Below are positions 1-13,533 of a DNA stretch of 64,000 nt, one piece after another; the stretch's first letter is position 1, and the number at the start of each line of letters is the position of its first letter. The notes beneath the pieces were generated by a model. That model was not told the origin of the DNA. It made no database searches and saw only the letters and a list, made by a program, of their open reading frames with translations. The DNA lies in the NCBI GenBank assembly GCA_030770535.1, contig JASVEC010000028.1, positions 1-64,000 on the forward strand, in the 5' to 3' direction. Source of the stretch: Batkoa obscura. Its lineage: Eukaryota. The position numbers were made by a program, and so were the translations under genes.

Positions 1-1001
1 CCTAACCCTAACCCTAACCCTAACCCTAACCCTAACCCTAACCCTAACCCTAACCCTAACCCTAACCCTAACCCTAACCCTAACCCTAACCCTAACCCTA
101 ACCCTAACCCTAACCCTAACCCTAACCCTAACCCTAACCCTAACCCTAACCCTAACCCTAACCCTAACCCTAACCCTAACCCTAACCCTAACCCTAACCC
201 TAACCCTAACCCTAACCCTAACCCTAACCCTAACCCTAACCCTAACCCTAACCCTAACCCTAACCCTAACCCTAACCCTAACCCTAACCCTAACCCTAAC
301 CCTAACCCTAACCCTAACCCTAACCCTAACCCTAACCCTAACCCTAACCCTAACCCTAACCCTAACCCTAACCCTAACCCTAACCCTAACCCTAACCCTA
401 ACCCTAACCCTAACCCTAACCCTAACCCTAACCCTAACCCTAACCCTAACCCTAACCCTAACCCTAACCCTAACCCTAACCCTAACCCTAACCCTAACCC
501 TAACCCTAACCCTAACCCTAACCCTAACCCTAACCCTAACCCTAACCCTAACCCTAACCCTAACCCTAACCCTAACCCTAACCCTAACCCTAACCCTAAC
601 CCTAACCCTAACCCTAACCCTAACCCTAACCCTAACCCTAACCCTAACCCTAACCCTAACCCTAACCCTAACCCTAACCCTAACCCTAACCCTAACCCTA
701 ACCCTAACCCTAACCCTAACCCTAACCCTAACCCTAACCCTAACCCTAACCCTAACCCTAACCCTAACCCTAACCCTAACCCTAACCCTAACCCTAACCC
801 TAACCCTAACCCTAACCCTAACCCTAACCCTAACCCTAACCCTAACCCTAACCCTAACCCTAACCCTAACCCTAACCCTAACCCTAACCCTAACCCTAAC
901 CCTAACCCTAACCCTAACCCTAACCCTAACCCTAACCCTAACCCTAACCCTAACCCTAACCCTAACCCTAACCCTAACCCTAACCCTAACCCTAACCCTA
1001 A
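1..1001. repeat. Telomere, (CCCTAA)n / (TTAGGG)n, about 167 perfect units
   Basis: Uninterrupted CCCTAA hexamers from position 1. Confidence 0.99.
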
Positions 1002-1180
1002 AAATAACCCTAACCCTAAAAATAACCCTAACCCTAACCCTAAAAATAACCCTAACCCTAAAAATAACCCTAACCCTAAAAATAACCCTAACCCTAAAAA
1101 TAACCCTAACCCTAAAAATAACCCTAACCCTAAAAATAACCCTAAAAATAACCCTAACCCTAAAAATAACCCTAAAAATA
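1002..1180. repeat. Proximal variant telomeric repeats: CCCTAA interspersed with AAATAA
   Basis: About 11 AAATAA units, mostly as CCCTAA-CCCTAA-AAATAA; ends at ...cctaaaaata|tctcttg. Confidence 0.95.
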
Positions 1181-1958
1181 TCTCTTGTGAAACATCGCTT
1201 CATCAGCTCTATGATTGATTGTCGCATAATAATCACTTAACTTGTTTACAAAACTAGTTGTAGCCTTGTAATCTATTTGACTGTGAACCATGTGGCATAA
1301 TCAATCCAGAGTTCGTTGTTTTAATTTGCTGTAAAAATTTCTAACTTCACATTGCAAAGAATATAAAAGAGATTCTTCAACATGATAACTCGATGCTTTT
1401 TAATTGAATTATTCCCTGATACCGTACCATTAACAAAGCTATTAAGTCTTTCTGACAACATCTTACGTAGATTTTACAGTAGTATTTTATATTCTATTTG
1501 TTTTACATAGTTCGTAACTTATTACGTATTATTCCTATTCATTTAAGTCCACCTTAGTTATATAAACTAAGACCGTTTGATTCAAGGCAACTTAATCAAT
1601 CAAGAACTGCTTTTAACTACTACCACTGAGTACCAACTTTCACACAAGTTAATAAATAAACAAATTTGCTAAATGTTTGTTATTAGCAGCTAAACTTTAG
1701 AATAAGAATCATTTCATAAATATAAAAAATATATGCACAAGAAAATAACAATGAAATTAAAAATTTAACTATAATTTTAAATATAATATTTAAAAGTTAA
1801 ACTAAAATTTTATAATTTATTATAAATTACAAAATTTTATTTTTAATTTTAATCTACTTGAAGCTTTTTTAAATTGAGTTTAACTTTAATGCTAAAATTA
1901 GTTATTGAGTTAATATAAATCCATTCAATAAACTTTTTTATTAAATACAAAGCAATAT

Positions 1959-2054
1959 GGGGATATGTTTTTTTGTTTAAAAATTTTACTAACAATTTTT
2001 CCACTCAAATAGCGCTTAAAAAATGGAAAAAATGATGAAGCTAAAAACACCCCT
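1959..2054 (+). mobile_element. MITE copy 1 (~98 bp family)
   Basis: GGGGATATG...ACACCCCT flanked by ATAT/ATAT. Confidence 0.85.
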
Positions 2055-2412
2055 ATATGTACTTTTTTGTTTTATAGTAATATTATACTTTAATTTTTTA
2101 CAAGTAATTAAATACAAATAATATTCAACTCTATTAATAAAAAATAACAAAAGTGATTAAACTAGCTTTTATCAAATAAACTTGAAATTAGGTATTACTC
2201 AGGTTTTGTAATTATTGTAATTTCTTAAACTCAAGTCACATGCTATCATTTAAATAAGTTTATTTCAAAATCACGATTTATAGCTGTTGCAATAGAATTG
2301 CAAATTATCAAACTGCTTATTTAAAAAACTTTATCCCGAAATTCATCTAAAATATAAGAGTCAGGGTTCAAAATATTAGCTATATAAATAATTTGACTGT
2401 AAAAATTATCAG

Positions 2413-2452
2413 AAAGTTGTAAAAAAGTTGTAAAAAAGTTGTAAAAAAGTTG
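2413..2452. repeat. 11 bp tandem repeat (AAAAAAGTTGT) x ~3.5
   Basis: Directly visible, ~110 bp upstream of the ATG at 2559. Confidence 0.85.
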
Positions 2453-2655
2453 CAATAACTGTAACCAAGCGTTTGGTCACTATAATAAATTTTCAAAAGA
2501 AATGTATAAATAAAACGGTGCGATAAAGGAAATTTTTATAGAAAAAACTTTTTTAAAAATGGAAAACTCAAGTACAGAGCTTCTAGTGCCACTAGATAAA
2601 TCCCAGTCAGTATCTGAGGAGATGCAGAACCTTTCTGCTCCAGAAATTAAAATAT

Positions 2656-2755
2656 GGGGATGTATTTTTGCGTCTAACAATTTTACTAACGATTTTTCCA
2701 CTCAAATAGCGCTTAAAAGATAGGAAAGGTAATGAAGCCAAAAGAAAACACCTCC
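2656..2755 (+). mobile_element. MITE copy 2
   Basis: GGGGATGTA...ACACCTCC, flanks ATAT/ATGT. Confidence 0.9.
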
Positions 2756-5645
2756 ATGTGCATAGTTAATTTGTTAAACCAGCTCGAGACGAATTTCAAT
2801 GACCAGATAAATAAATTAAATTCAGGGCAGCATAAGAATGGCAGCATTGAAAACCTGTTTATGCCAATTTTAACTAATATATAAAACTTCATGGCCCTAC
2901 TTGTATGTTTTCCTTATGACAATTTGGGTGAAAAAGAGAAGCCGGCCACTAACAACCAAGACCTTTTTAATAATACTTTAGATGTACTTTTTATCTTCTT
3001 ATGCATTTTTGATAGTATAGAGCCCTTAATAACAATAATAAACATTATTGAATTAATTTATTTCCCTATTCCTTTAGAGTGCTTTGCGCTCTCTGGCTCT
3101 ACATTTATTGAAAAATATTATGATAAATTCAAAGCGATAGATAGTAGTATTTCAAATAACTTTTTTTTCAAATTTAGTGAAGTTTATAATAAAGTCATTT
3201 TTTTGCTAAAATTTAATAATATCACCCTTGATGCCCAGCAATTTCCGGTTCAGCTCTTGTGCTTACAAAAAGAAGGACTTATAAAGCACTGCATTAAATC
3301 AACCAATGCTATATAGAATCTATTCCAATATTTGCAATCAAAGCTTAGTTAGGTATCAAACTCTTCAAAGTCTTGCCTGTCTTCAAGTTTCTTTAGCCAC
3401 TTTAGAGACCTATTCGACATTCCACTAAGTGGGGATATAATCTAAGCGCTTACTTTGGAGATAGTTCTAGAAATAATCGCGACAGCATTGTTACTGAAGA
3501 AACCCTTAGAAATAACTATAAGATAGAGAAAGTCTCTTGTGAATTAATTAGTTTGATTGGTGATAGTGTAGAATCAAATAGTAAGTTTGAAACGAGAACA
3601 AAGTTTTTTGATGAGACTATGAACTTATTTCCAAAAGTAATGTATTAACACTATAATATTAATATTAAAGAGTCTTTGAGTACAAACTCTAAGTTTATTG
3701 AGTTAATTACTTTGCTCTCCTTCAAATCATTCCACTTAGTATTCACAAGGGAAAGGAATGAATCAGATCAAATGTTAGCATCTAAACAGGTTTATTTTAA
3801 GCGATTGAAACGCTGTTTATTAAATTATTTAGCTTATATTCTAAACCATATAGTTAAATCCGAAAATTATGCTTACTTACAAAGAGTAATGTTACTGAAT
3901 AAATGAAAAGAGTGCCTTTTTCTTGAGTTGTTAGTTATATTTTATAAAATATTAAAGAATACTAGCCTTAGATCCACCGACCTCCAAGATAAGTTGATAA
4001 TTTTTGATGAATCTTTAATTTTTTTAAGAATTTTTTTCCAGTTTACTGATCCTGTATTTAACGGCTTTGGGATAACAATATATGATTAGTATTCTATCTA
4101 TATAGAGTTCTACAAAAGATTAGACTCGTTTGAGCAAATACAAATTGATCCCAAAAGAATTAAATTCAACACCCAAATAGATAATCTTTTTAATCACATA
4201 ACTTATGTAATAAATATCATGCTTGATCCTTTTTGTGAAACAACTCTGATAAAATATTGCCCATCTGGTTATCAAGGGATGGGAGGACAGTTTTTAGTAA
4301 ACTATAATATGCTACCTGTCTTCGGTAAGGTTGTCAGGATTTTATTTTATAAAAACTATCACCTTTTAAACCCATCATGTATAACTAATATTTTATATAT
4401 ATCAAAAGTGTTAACGACTAATGAAGTTATAGCAATATTGAATCGGATTTATCCGAATTTTTATAAAATGTTTTGCCTTAAAGCATACCAAGTTTTAAGC
4501 AAACATTGTTTTAAGAAAGAATCTAGTAAAACGTCCCATGCACTTAATTATAGTATATCAAGGATTGTAGCGCATTCAAGTGATATCATTACAAGTGCTG
4601 TAAAGTTATATCGATTTAATGACTTTACAAAAAAATTCAACTCCCTCAGATTATTTCTTCATATAACTTAATTGAGAATCCTCTAAGTGATTGTGATATT
4701 ACAGTAATTGAACCTGTATTTAACTTGTTTATTGAAACATTTTCAATTTTTGAATTTCAAAACAATATTTCAAAAGAGTTTGTAGTATCACATTTTATAT
4801 TTTTATTAGCCCATAGCTTTATGTTTTGGGATTAAACCCCCAAATTATTACCAAAGTTAAAGGACAAAAACAATAGTTATAAATTTGTCCATTATGGAAA
4901 ATCGTTAAATAAATAACATGGATATAGATATAAGATTTTAAAAAGATTATTCCAAATACTTAAACGGCTGGAAAACAACGAGGAATGGACGAAATCGTTA
5001 AGCTTTACTCCACTTGAAAAAGATTATTCATGTAGCATTATTGATATTGCAAAATCAGATTTGTATAAACTGATTGTAGTAAAACATTATTTAGTTCCAT
5101 TAAAAAAAGAAATTATAGAAATGCCACAAGGTATCTAATCAAAATAATCCACTAAATAATCCATTTTCAATCAATTGTTAGGATAGTTATGAAAAAAATA
5201 TATTTATTTCAATTATAAACCCAGTTTTTAAAATTGTGTTGTCTTATATTATGTTATGAGAACGATATAGGTATAAGTTTATCGGCAGCCAAATTTTTTT
5301 TCAAGCTAATTTCAATCCTCCCTGTTACTATTTATGTAATAAATCATGAAAAATATCTAGGCTACTTATATAATTCAACAATTGTTCATCATGTTGATTC
5401 CAAATTATATGATTGTTTCAACAAGATTGTAAGTAAGCTTTTAATGAATAAAAGTCAAATAAGAATAATTTTATTAAAATATAAATTTGGTGAATGGTTT
5501 AGAAATATATTAGAACACTACAACTATTCTACTTATAAAAAGGTAATTGAATTCAAGTTGATAAAAGTCTTAGCTAGGGAAACTGTAGATAATTGTCAAT
5601 CTATAAAAAACATTTATAATGAAACTGAAATAGAGGATAATATAT

Positions 5646-5742
5646 GGGGGTGTTTTTCTTCGGCTTCATTATTTTTCCATTTTTAAGCGCTATTTGAGTG
5701 GAAAGATTGTTAGTAAAATTCTTAAACAAAAAATACACCCCC
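5646..5742 (-). mobile_element. MITE copy 3
   Basis: Reverse orientation, TSD ATAT/ATAT; excision fuses ...EIEDNI to CSSKQYAS... in frame. Confidence 0.92.
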
Positions 5743-7126
5743 ATATGCAGTTCAAAACAATACGCATCTGTGAGTTTAGCCTATTATAGATCATCTCCTT
5801 ATGCTTACCATTTTCCTTGTTTCCAAAGAAATCATTTGAATATACTCCTGCTTTATATACACTTCCATCATGGAACTCTAAAATACCATTTAGCATTTTG
5901 TTTCAAATGTTATTTAATTCAAGGGATAGTAATAATCAGAATTCATATCAATATATTCAATCACCAGCCAATTCATCAAAACGTAAAGCAGCTGTATATG
6001 CAATAAAATATAATGCCTTCCTTAAAGCTAACGATGTGTATAAGGAATTAAATACAAATTTTATGAAAGCAAAAAGCAAACTTGAATTGATTGGAAAACC
6101 AATACTTGAAGAATATGACCCAATCTTATTTAGTAGCAATATTGATAAAATGTTAAATAGTAATAACATTAATAAAGTAACAATTAAAGATAAAATGATG
6201 ATGAAGTGTATGGAGTATCTAAAATGCCCATAAATACAATTAAATTCATGTCATCAAAGTTTAATTATAATTTGGGTAACAAAAGTTCAGGAATAATGAG
6301 AAAGTTATTGAGTTACCTCATGACGATTTTAAATTATTAAGTTTTTTAAATAATAGAATCAATATTTTAACAAAAAATTATCATGAAAATCCAAATAATG
6401 ATTTTAGTAATCAGCTTATAGGAGATATCGTTGAAGTTTCAAGACCATTGATATTAAAAAAATGATTAGAATTTTCCAAAATATGATATTCATTTCCTTC
6501 AGTTATATTGTTTTAATCATATTTAATTTACTCAATCTGCGTAGAAAAAGGTGGTAATTTCCCAGTATTTGGAAAAGTATCAGAACTGATTAAATATATT
6601 TATCATAGTATTACTTTATATATAAATGAATTTTTAGAAATTCAAGATGATCAATTTAACTCAACCTTTGATTCAGTAATTTATAATTTTAGCCTAAATA
6701 TTATAGCTAAATTTTGGGCTGAATTATACTTTAGATAAACTTAAGTCTATTTTAATATATTAATAAAAATAGTTTAAAAAAGAAAAAAAATTAAATAATA
6801 TCGTACTTTTTAATTCAATGTATTTTAATTTTGATATTATCAAAAAATAACTTAATCAAAGTCATTACTTTATTAATCAACTTTATAATTTTATAATTTA
6901 ATAATTTTAAAAATAAGATAATATTGGCTTATATTTAAATAAACTATTATATTAATCTTGATATTTATTTGTATTTGTTAATTATAACAAATTATAAGTT
7001 GAGTTTTCATTTCTATTACGCTAATATATTATTTAGTAAAAGTAAATTATCAGAATATCATATTTTATATAAAAAAATTTATTTTACTTTAAATTTCATA
7101 GAAAATATAAAGTTTTAGATGGAAAC

Positions 7127-9542
7127 TTAGTTCCCACCCCATTCACCATCAAAACCGTTGAATCCCTATTTTTAAATTAATATACTAAATAAATAAATCA
7201 AATAATTAATTCTTACAGTCATTAAAAATACTGGGAAAAAAGGCTTTTTCTCAATTGAAGAACACCAATTCCATGCAGAAGTTAATCTACCATCAATACA
7301 AGAACCTAAAATTATTAACTACTATTTTGGAACAAATACTAAATAAATTACCAGCATCAAAAAAGTTATCTGCTCCAGAACCATCAAATGCACTTCTAAA
7401 AAAGTCTGCAAGGATAACTTTGCGTAAATTAGCAATACTTTCAAATGTATTATTAATGTATTTTAATAATCCGTTATCGTATTCTTTCATTTTACGTCTT
7501 TCTTCAAGATTATCTAAATATTCTAAGCAACGTACTATTGGATTAAGTATACGAGCAACTTGATTATATTTATCAATAAAAACTAAAGCATTTGGTACGT
7601 TTCGGTCTCCAAGATGAATTACGGATGAACCTACCCAATAACCAACCTTTTGTTGAGCACGATGTAATGTACGGTGTGCAATTTTAGATACATTAGGACA
7701 GTTTTGAACACGATTAAGTCCTTGTCCAGTATCACGGAGTCTATAGATATTTGGTCCAAGTAAATCTTCATCTGCATAATACCAAAACATAAACATATCA
7801 TGTAATATTTCTCTCCATAGAGTCAATGTTTGGTGGACATATTGATATTGTGTTTCATGGCTATGAGATAGTCTTGCTCCACCTCTTCCACTAGCAATAG
7901 CTAGATTGAACTGGATCTCGGAAGGCTTACTTGATGAGAAATAAGTTGAAAGATATTTAAGCATACGATCACAAGGATCACTTATAAATTAAATGTTATT
8001 ATAAAATTATGTTTATGAATATTATTATTTACCGGTTGAATCTTAAATACGCATGGTTATCACCAATGGAATAAAGACAAGTTTTAATCTCATCAGGAGT
8101 TAAATTTTCATTTGAATACTTTTGACTTAAAAATTCAATTGATCTTTCTTTTAATTTTATCTCCATTTGAATTGCGTTCCTGGATTTACCTTCTGCAATA
8201 ATTTCTTTAGTGGCTTGCATCATATGCTCATTATTCAACAACTCTAAGCCATTTCTTTCTTGAAGGAAATTATAAACTGTAGCAATAGGTTTAATACATG
8301 AAAACCCTAACATTTCCTGTACTTCTGGTATACAAGAATCCTGCCAATAAAATAAATAAAATAAACAATTATATAAAAATACATACTTGAAGCAAGAACA
8401 TTAATTTCCCATAAGCAGTACGCATTTTTTCTGGATTCATAACTTTATATCTACGTCCTATTTCAAACAAATCTTGGAAAAAAAATTCATTTTCTTCAAA
8501 ACTTTTTGTTGCAAATAGTTGCTGACCTCTCCTATAATCACTATTTTATAATTAGTTTACAAAATTAGACCCATTTAATAAAAACAAGATTACCAAGCAA
8601 CCTAAAGTTATAATTAAGTTATGTTGAATTAGATAAAATAAAATAAATATACTTACCATAAGCCCTGACAAAATTGCACAAATATCTTTAATTTGATGTA
8701 CAATTCTTTTGTTCTTATTCCCATACATCAAAATATCAATTTTATCAACATATTCACTGACATTTAATGCGGATTCTAATCTGAAACAATTAATATTTTC
8801 TAGCTATAAATTTTATAATAATTTACAATCTCAATTTCTTTCTATCATTTACAGATAATCTTAACGGGATATATTTAGACCTATGTTAATGAATAAAATT
8901 AAAATTATGCAATAATTATTCCATAATAGGTATTATACCTTTCAATTATCCATTCTCCAAAAGACGAACCTGTAGTAATAACTGTACCTAGATTACTATC
9001 AAATTTTATTTCTTGATCTATGGGCTAATAAAATTAAAAAATCTTTCAAAATTTAAAATAATTACTGTTGATGTACGGGTAGAGTTAGGAGTACTTTTTA
9101 ATGAGTCAATACGTGAGTTACTGGGATTAGCACTTATTTGTTCAGAAGTGGCATTTACTTGTGGTACTTGTAAAGATTTTGTTGAATGGTTTTTTCTTTT
9201 TCCAGTTCTATGAATCATATGGAAGCATACTTCGCAAAAATCTTCATCACACTGTTCACAAAATAATCCTGCCTATTAAAGAAATAAATGATATGACATA
9301 ATATTTAATAACTTTAAAGTTACTTTTTGGTCTCTACATTCTACGCAAAATCCTTGATCAGCTGGAGTGACATTATCAGAGTTATTTTCTGAGTCATTGG
9401 CTTCATTTTCTACGGCCCCAACTTCAATATTATCTTCATCTTCTGAGTTTGTTTCTAAAATATTTCCTAAAGTGGATTTAACAGGGTGAACTTCTGTTGA
9501 CGAAGGTTCAATAGCATCACTTTCTATATGCTTTTCCTCCAT
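7127..9542 (-). CDS. UPF0652/DUF2009 family protein with N-terminal B-box-like zinc finger (multi-exon)
   Basis: GFCVECRDQ...CEQCDEDFCEVCFHMIH; GARLSHSHETQY; WVGSSVIHLGDRNVPNALVFIDKY; AFDGSGADNFFDAG; ends GFDGEWGGN*. Start may lie further upstream. Confidence 0.85.
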
Positions 9543-10000
9543 TGAATCAACTTTTTTAAAACGTTTTTGTGGTGGAGTTAAAATTTTGATTTAATTTATA
9601 TTAAAATAATGAACAAGTAAATATGATACTTTTGATTTAGAATTTAAATCTAAAACAATTTAACTTTGCACTCTTTTCAAATAGCAAATAATTTTAACTT
9701 TTGTCATTTTCTAATAATAATTCAAGCCTGTTGAATTTTTTGTGCTTATAATAAATCTCATTGGCTAACTTATAAATTAAAAGTTCTTTAATTTTTTATT
9801 AAAAGCAATAAAATTATATTCTATGTTACATTTATTATTTTGATACTATAATAAATTTTATAATACCATTACTAATATTTAAATAAAACTAAATGTGATA
9901 CTTCATATTGAGTTATAAGACAAAAGCTCAAATATAAGTTTAAATATAGTTTATTATTTGATATTATTATACATCATAAATTTTTATTAAGCTCAAACAT

Positions 10001-12525
10001 CTAAAAAAATATAAGATCAACAATTTTAACTATAAACATATTAATTACTAAGTTTAAGGCTCTCATCATCATTCCACGATTAAAGGGATTCGAATTTATT
10101 GGCTCTTCCATCTGCGAAGATCTAGTATAAAATGAATGTAACAAATCTTCGTTAACTATATTATTAACATCAGTGATGTGTTCAATGTCTTGCTTAGAAG
10201 ACATTAATTCATTTGTTTCCGCTTCCTTAATAGGGTAAGTCGTAAAGTCTTTAACTTTGTTTAAAAATAATGAACTTGTTGGATCTTCTGGAAACCAATC
10301 AGGATTATGTCCCTATTTTTAAGGTTTAGTTTAATTGTAGTAAAATACAAATTCGATTACTTTAAAAGTGATAATTGATTTTTCTAATTTTCCATCTTTT
10401 GAAGTGTATTTTCTATTTAAAGTATCATTATTCAAGGTTGACGGTACGCCAGACTAATATATTTGTAAATATCAACTATTTAAAATTTAAACATTGATAT
10501 ACCTTTTTATCCCCATGTTTTTGTAAATTAAATGAAGCAAAAGAGCATACATAACCTAACCCAGGCTCTTTAGAAGAACACTCTCGAAATAAATCAACTA
10601 TATCAAAGCTTGAATCCGGTAGTGAAAATAGCAAGATATATGGTGTAACAAATAAGCCAAATATTTCATGAATTAATTGTACAACTTGCAAAGTAAACAT
10701 TGAAGCAAATTCTTGTCTCACCTTATATAAATAGTCAAAATATACTTAATAGTTATAAACAGCCTTACTTTCTCTGAGTGAAGTTTGTCATGCCAAGCTT
10801 TTGGCATATAATGTAAATATTCTAAAAGCACGGCTAGATGTGATTCTGCATTAATAACTTTGGCTTTTTCAGCCACTGGGGGGCGAGTTATTGCTAATAT
10901 CATTCCTAATATCGCTGTACATGCCAATACTGACCTTCCACCAACAATCTCAAATTGTAAAACTGCTTCTGAATCAAATATTGCTAATATAGCGAATGCT
11001 CCTGCTAAAGTTCCGGCAATAAAAGTTACAAATTTCATTAATTTATCTGTTTTTTCTTTAGGAAAATGATTTAGATATTCTACAGCTATAGGGTATGAAT
11101 TATCAATCCTATTTCGGAAGTGATGTGGAAGTTCATTAAACTCTCTAAATTTCCATTGTGATAGTAAAGTGTATTGCCTTATACCTAATGCTTTAGGGTT
11201 TTTGTAGTATTCCTAAATGAATCTCAAATTAGTAAAAAAGACACTGGAAACTAGATATTACCTCGAAATATCTAAAAACAAAAAAACAAACTGTATAAAT
11301 AACTATCACTGGTCCAAAAATTAAATTAATAAGGCCCATTAATTTAAATTTGCGATTGAGTCTAAATAGAAGGTTAATTTAAAAAACAATAAACGATAAC
11401 CAATATACTTTGACGCCCAAATCTTTTTTTCTTCTCTGTTAAGTATCCCTCTATTGAGTTTCCCTCGAGAATCAAAGAAAGTGGTATCAATACAAAAAGA
11501 TATGTTCCATTCTAGACCTTTTGTTAAAGCTACTGGATAAAACCATCCGCCAAGCATTCTAGGGAGTTGTATTCCTAATTTAAGTTTATTTAAATTATAA
11601 AGAGCGATAAGATAATTTTCTTTTCGTAAAATAAGATGTGAAACTTTGTAAGCATCTAATTTAGCAGCTCCTAAATTAACAGTTGCTGTTACCAAATTGC
11701 TACTTGGGGCATCTAAACGATTGATTCTTTTTGTTACTTCCTTCCAATCAATAGATTGCATATCTTCCTAGTTCAAAAATAAGCATATTTAAGTAAAATA
11801 AATGAACTAAAGTTTTACATTTGGTATTCCTAAAACTTTGGTATAAAAATGATACATTTCTAAAAGATCTCTCGTTTCATAAATAATTTTAGCTAGATAG
11901 CCTATTATGATAAAACCAAAGAAAATTAACCCAAGCTTAGCTAAAGCTGGCAGCCTAAATTGATTTTAATAATCAGTAACAAAAAACATATAACACAATT
12001 TACTCATGTAAGCATTCCTCAGCAATAGCATCATTTAAGCTATTTCCAGGTTTAAATTTATCATAATTTAGACACCCTCCAGTAAAAGTCAAGAAAGAAA
12101 CAACAAATACCATGGACCTTAAATACAGTTACTTTAATAAAATAAGGTCATTTATTATCTTACAATAAATTCAATATCTCAGATAAAACTATACAATGAA
12201 TGCCTTTCCCTTCATAATAATAATACACATTTCGCAGGTATTGATCTAAATTCCCAACTTTTTCCCAATTGAATTGATATGGTTCAGTTACATTTTTAAT
12301 TCTTTCTTTTCTATTTGTTCTTTTCTTTGTCTTTTTTCCTAGATTTAGATGTTGATCTACATTAGATTCATAGGTATTCATTTCTAATATAAGCGAAGGT
12401 GGAGCGTCTAATTCGTCTCCATCAAAGTCTTCATTTTGTCTACTAAATTCTTCTAAGCTACCAGTGTTGATAGTTAAGTCAGAACCCTCATCATTTAAAC
12501 GAAGCTGCTCATATCTATGTGCCAT
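10001..12525 (-). CDS. ATG9: Autophagy protein Atg9 (multi-exon)
   Basis: NLDQYLRNVYYYYEGKG, ILRKENYLIAL, LTKGLEWNI, FIAGTL, LHYMP, GLGYVCSFASFNLQKHGD; 3' end approximate. Confidence 0.92.
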
Positions 12526-13533
12526 TGATAAAAGTAAAATAGAAATGAGTTGAAAATTCAACAGTCACAACTTAAATTTAGATTTTGCATGCATTAACCA
12601 AAACTTATTGTAAATTTAAGCTATAAATAGTAAGTTGAGGAACTTTTAAAAATCATTTACAATTAAAATAACATTTGTGTGATATAAGCATATAGATATA
12701 GGAAATGGATAAATAAACAATACAGATGTGTCCATATATAATATATTATAATTATACAGCCATGTAAAAATAGCGTGAATAATCTATAATCACAAAAATG
12801 AGTACAGTTTTAGATCATGCTTAGTTTACATAGAAAATTGATTAATTTTCTTTAACAAAAATAAATATTCTAAAAACTTCAACATAAACAATAACCTTAT
12901 TTTATAATAAAAACATATACGTAGCATTTAATATTATTAGACTTATAATGGATTTACACTAAAATTATTAAATTCAGATGATTTAATAATAGTTTATTCT
13001 TTAATAATTTCATAAAAATAAATGTTATACTATATCAATTTATAAATATCAATGCGAGAAAATCTAAAATATATAAGGGACTTATAACTGAATTTATAAT
13101 AGGATTAACTTGAATACTTTAATAACATTAATCTTTTTTGTTCATTATCAGGATGCTTATATGAAAAACTATGACAAATTAAAAACTTTGCTTCATATTT
13201 AAACTGAGCATGTAATATTATAAAACTGTAATTTAAATATAAATTAATTAAAATATAAAAATTACTTAACCTACTTTAATAAATAAGTATAATTATATTT
13301 TTGTTAATAAATAGTATTACTTTTCTTTGCCTTAAAAATCTCCCTTTTATCTGTTTATTATTTATTTATTTTTGCTTTATCTTTTTTTTCTGTCTTTGTT
13401 TTTTTATTCCTACTTTCCTATTTTGAACGTTTTTAAAATCAATAGTTTGTTTTATAGGACTATATTTTAATCCCATAATTCCCGAGATAAATTTTTTGGT
13501 CTTCAAAATTTTATTTTATTTTTATTTTTTAAA

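Larger units (their letters stand above)
2559..6738 (+). pseudogene. Large decayed, apparently intronless gene of unknown function, with two MITE insertions
   Basis: ATG 2559 (MENSSTELL...). Removing MITE 2656-2755 plus one TSD keeps the frame up to a TAA at 2882, in frame with ORF 2891. Successive + strand ORF fragments (2891, 3676, 4219, 5234, 5698, 5817) are separated by stops and frameshifts. End approximate. Confidence 0.7.
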
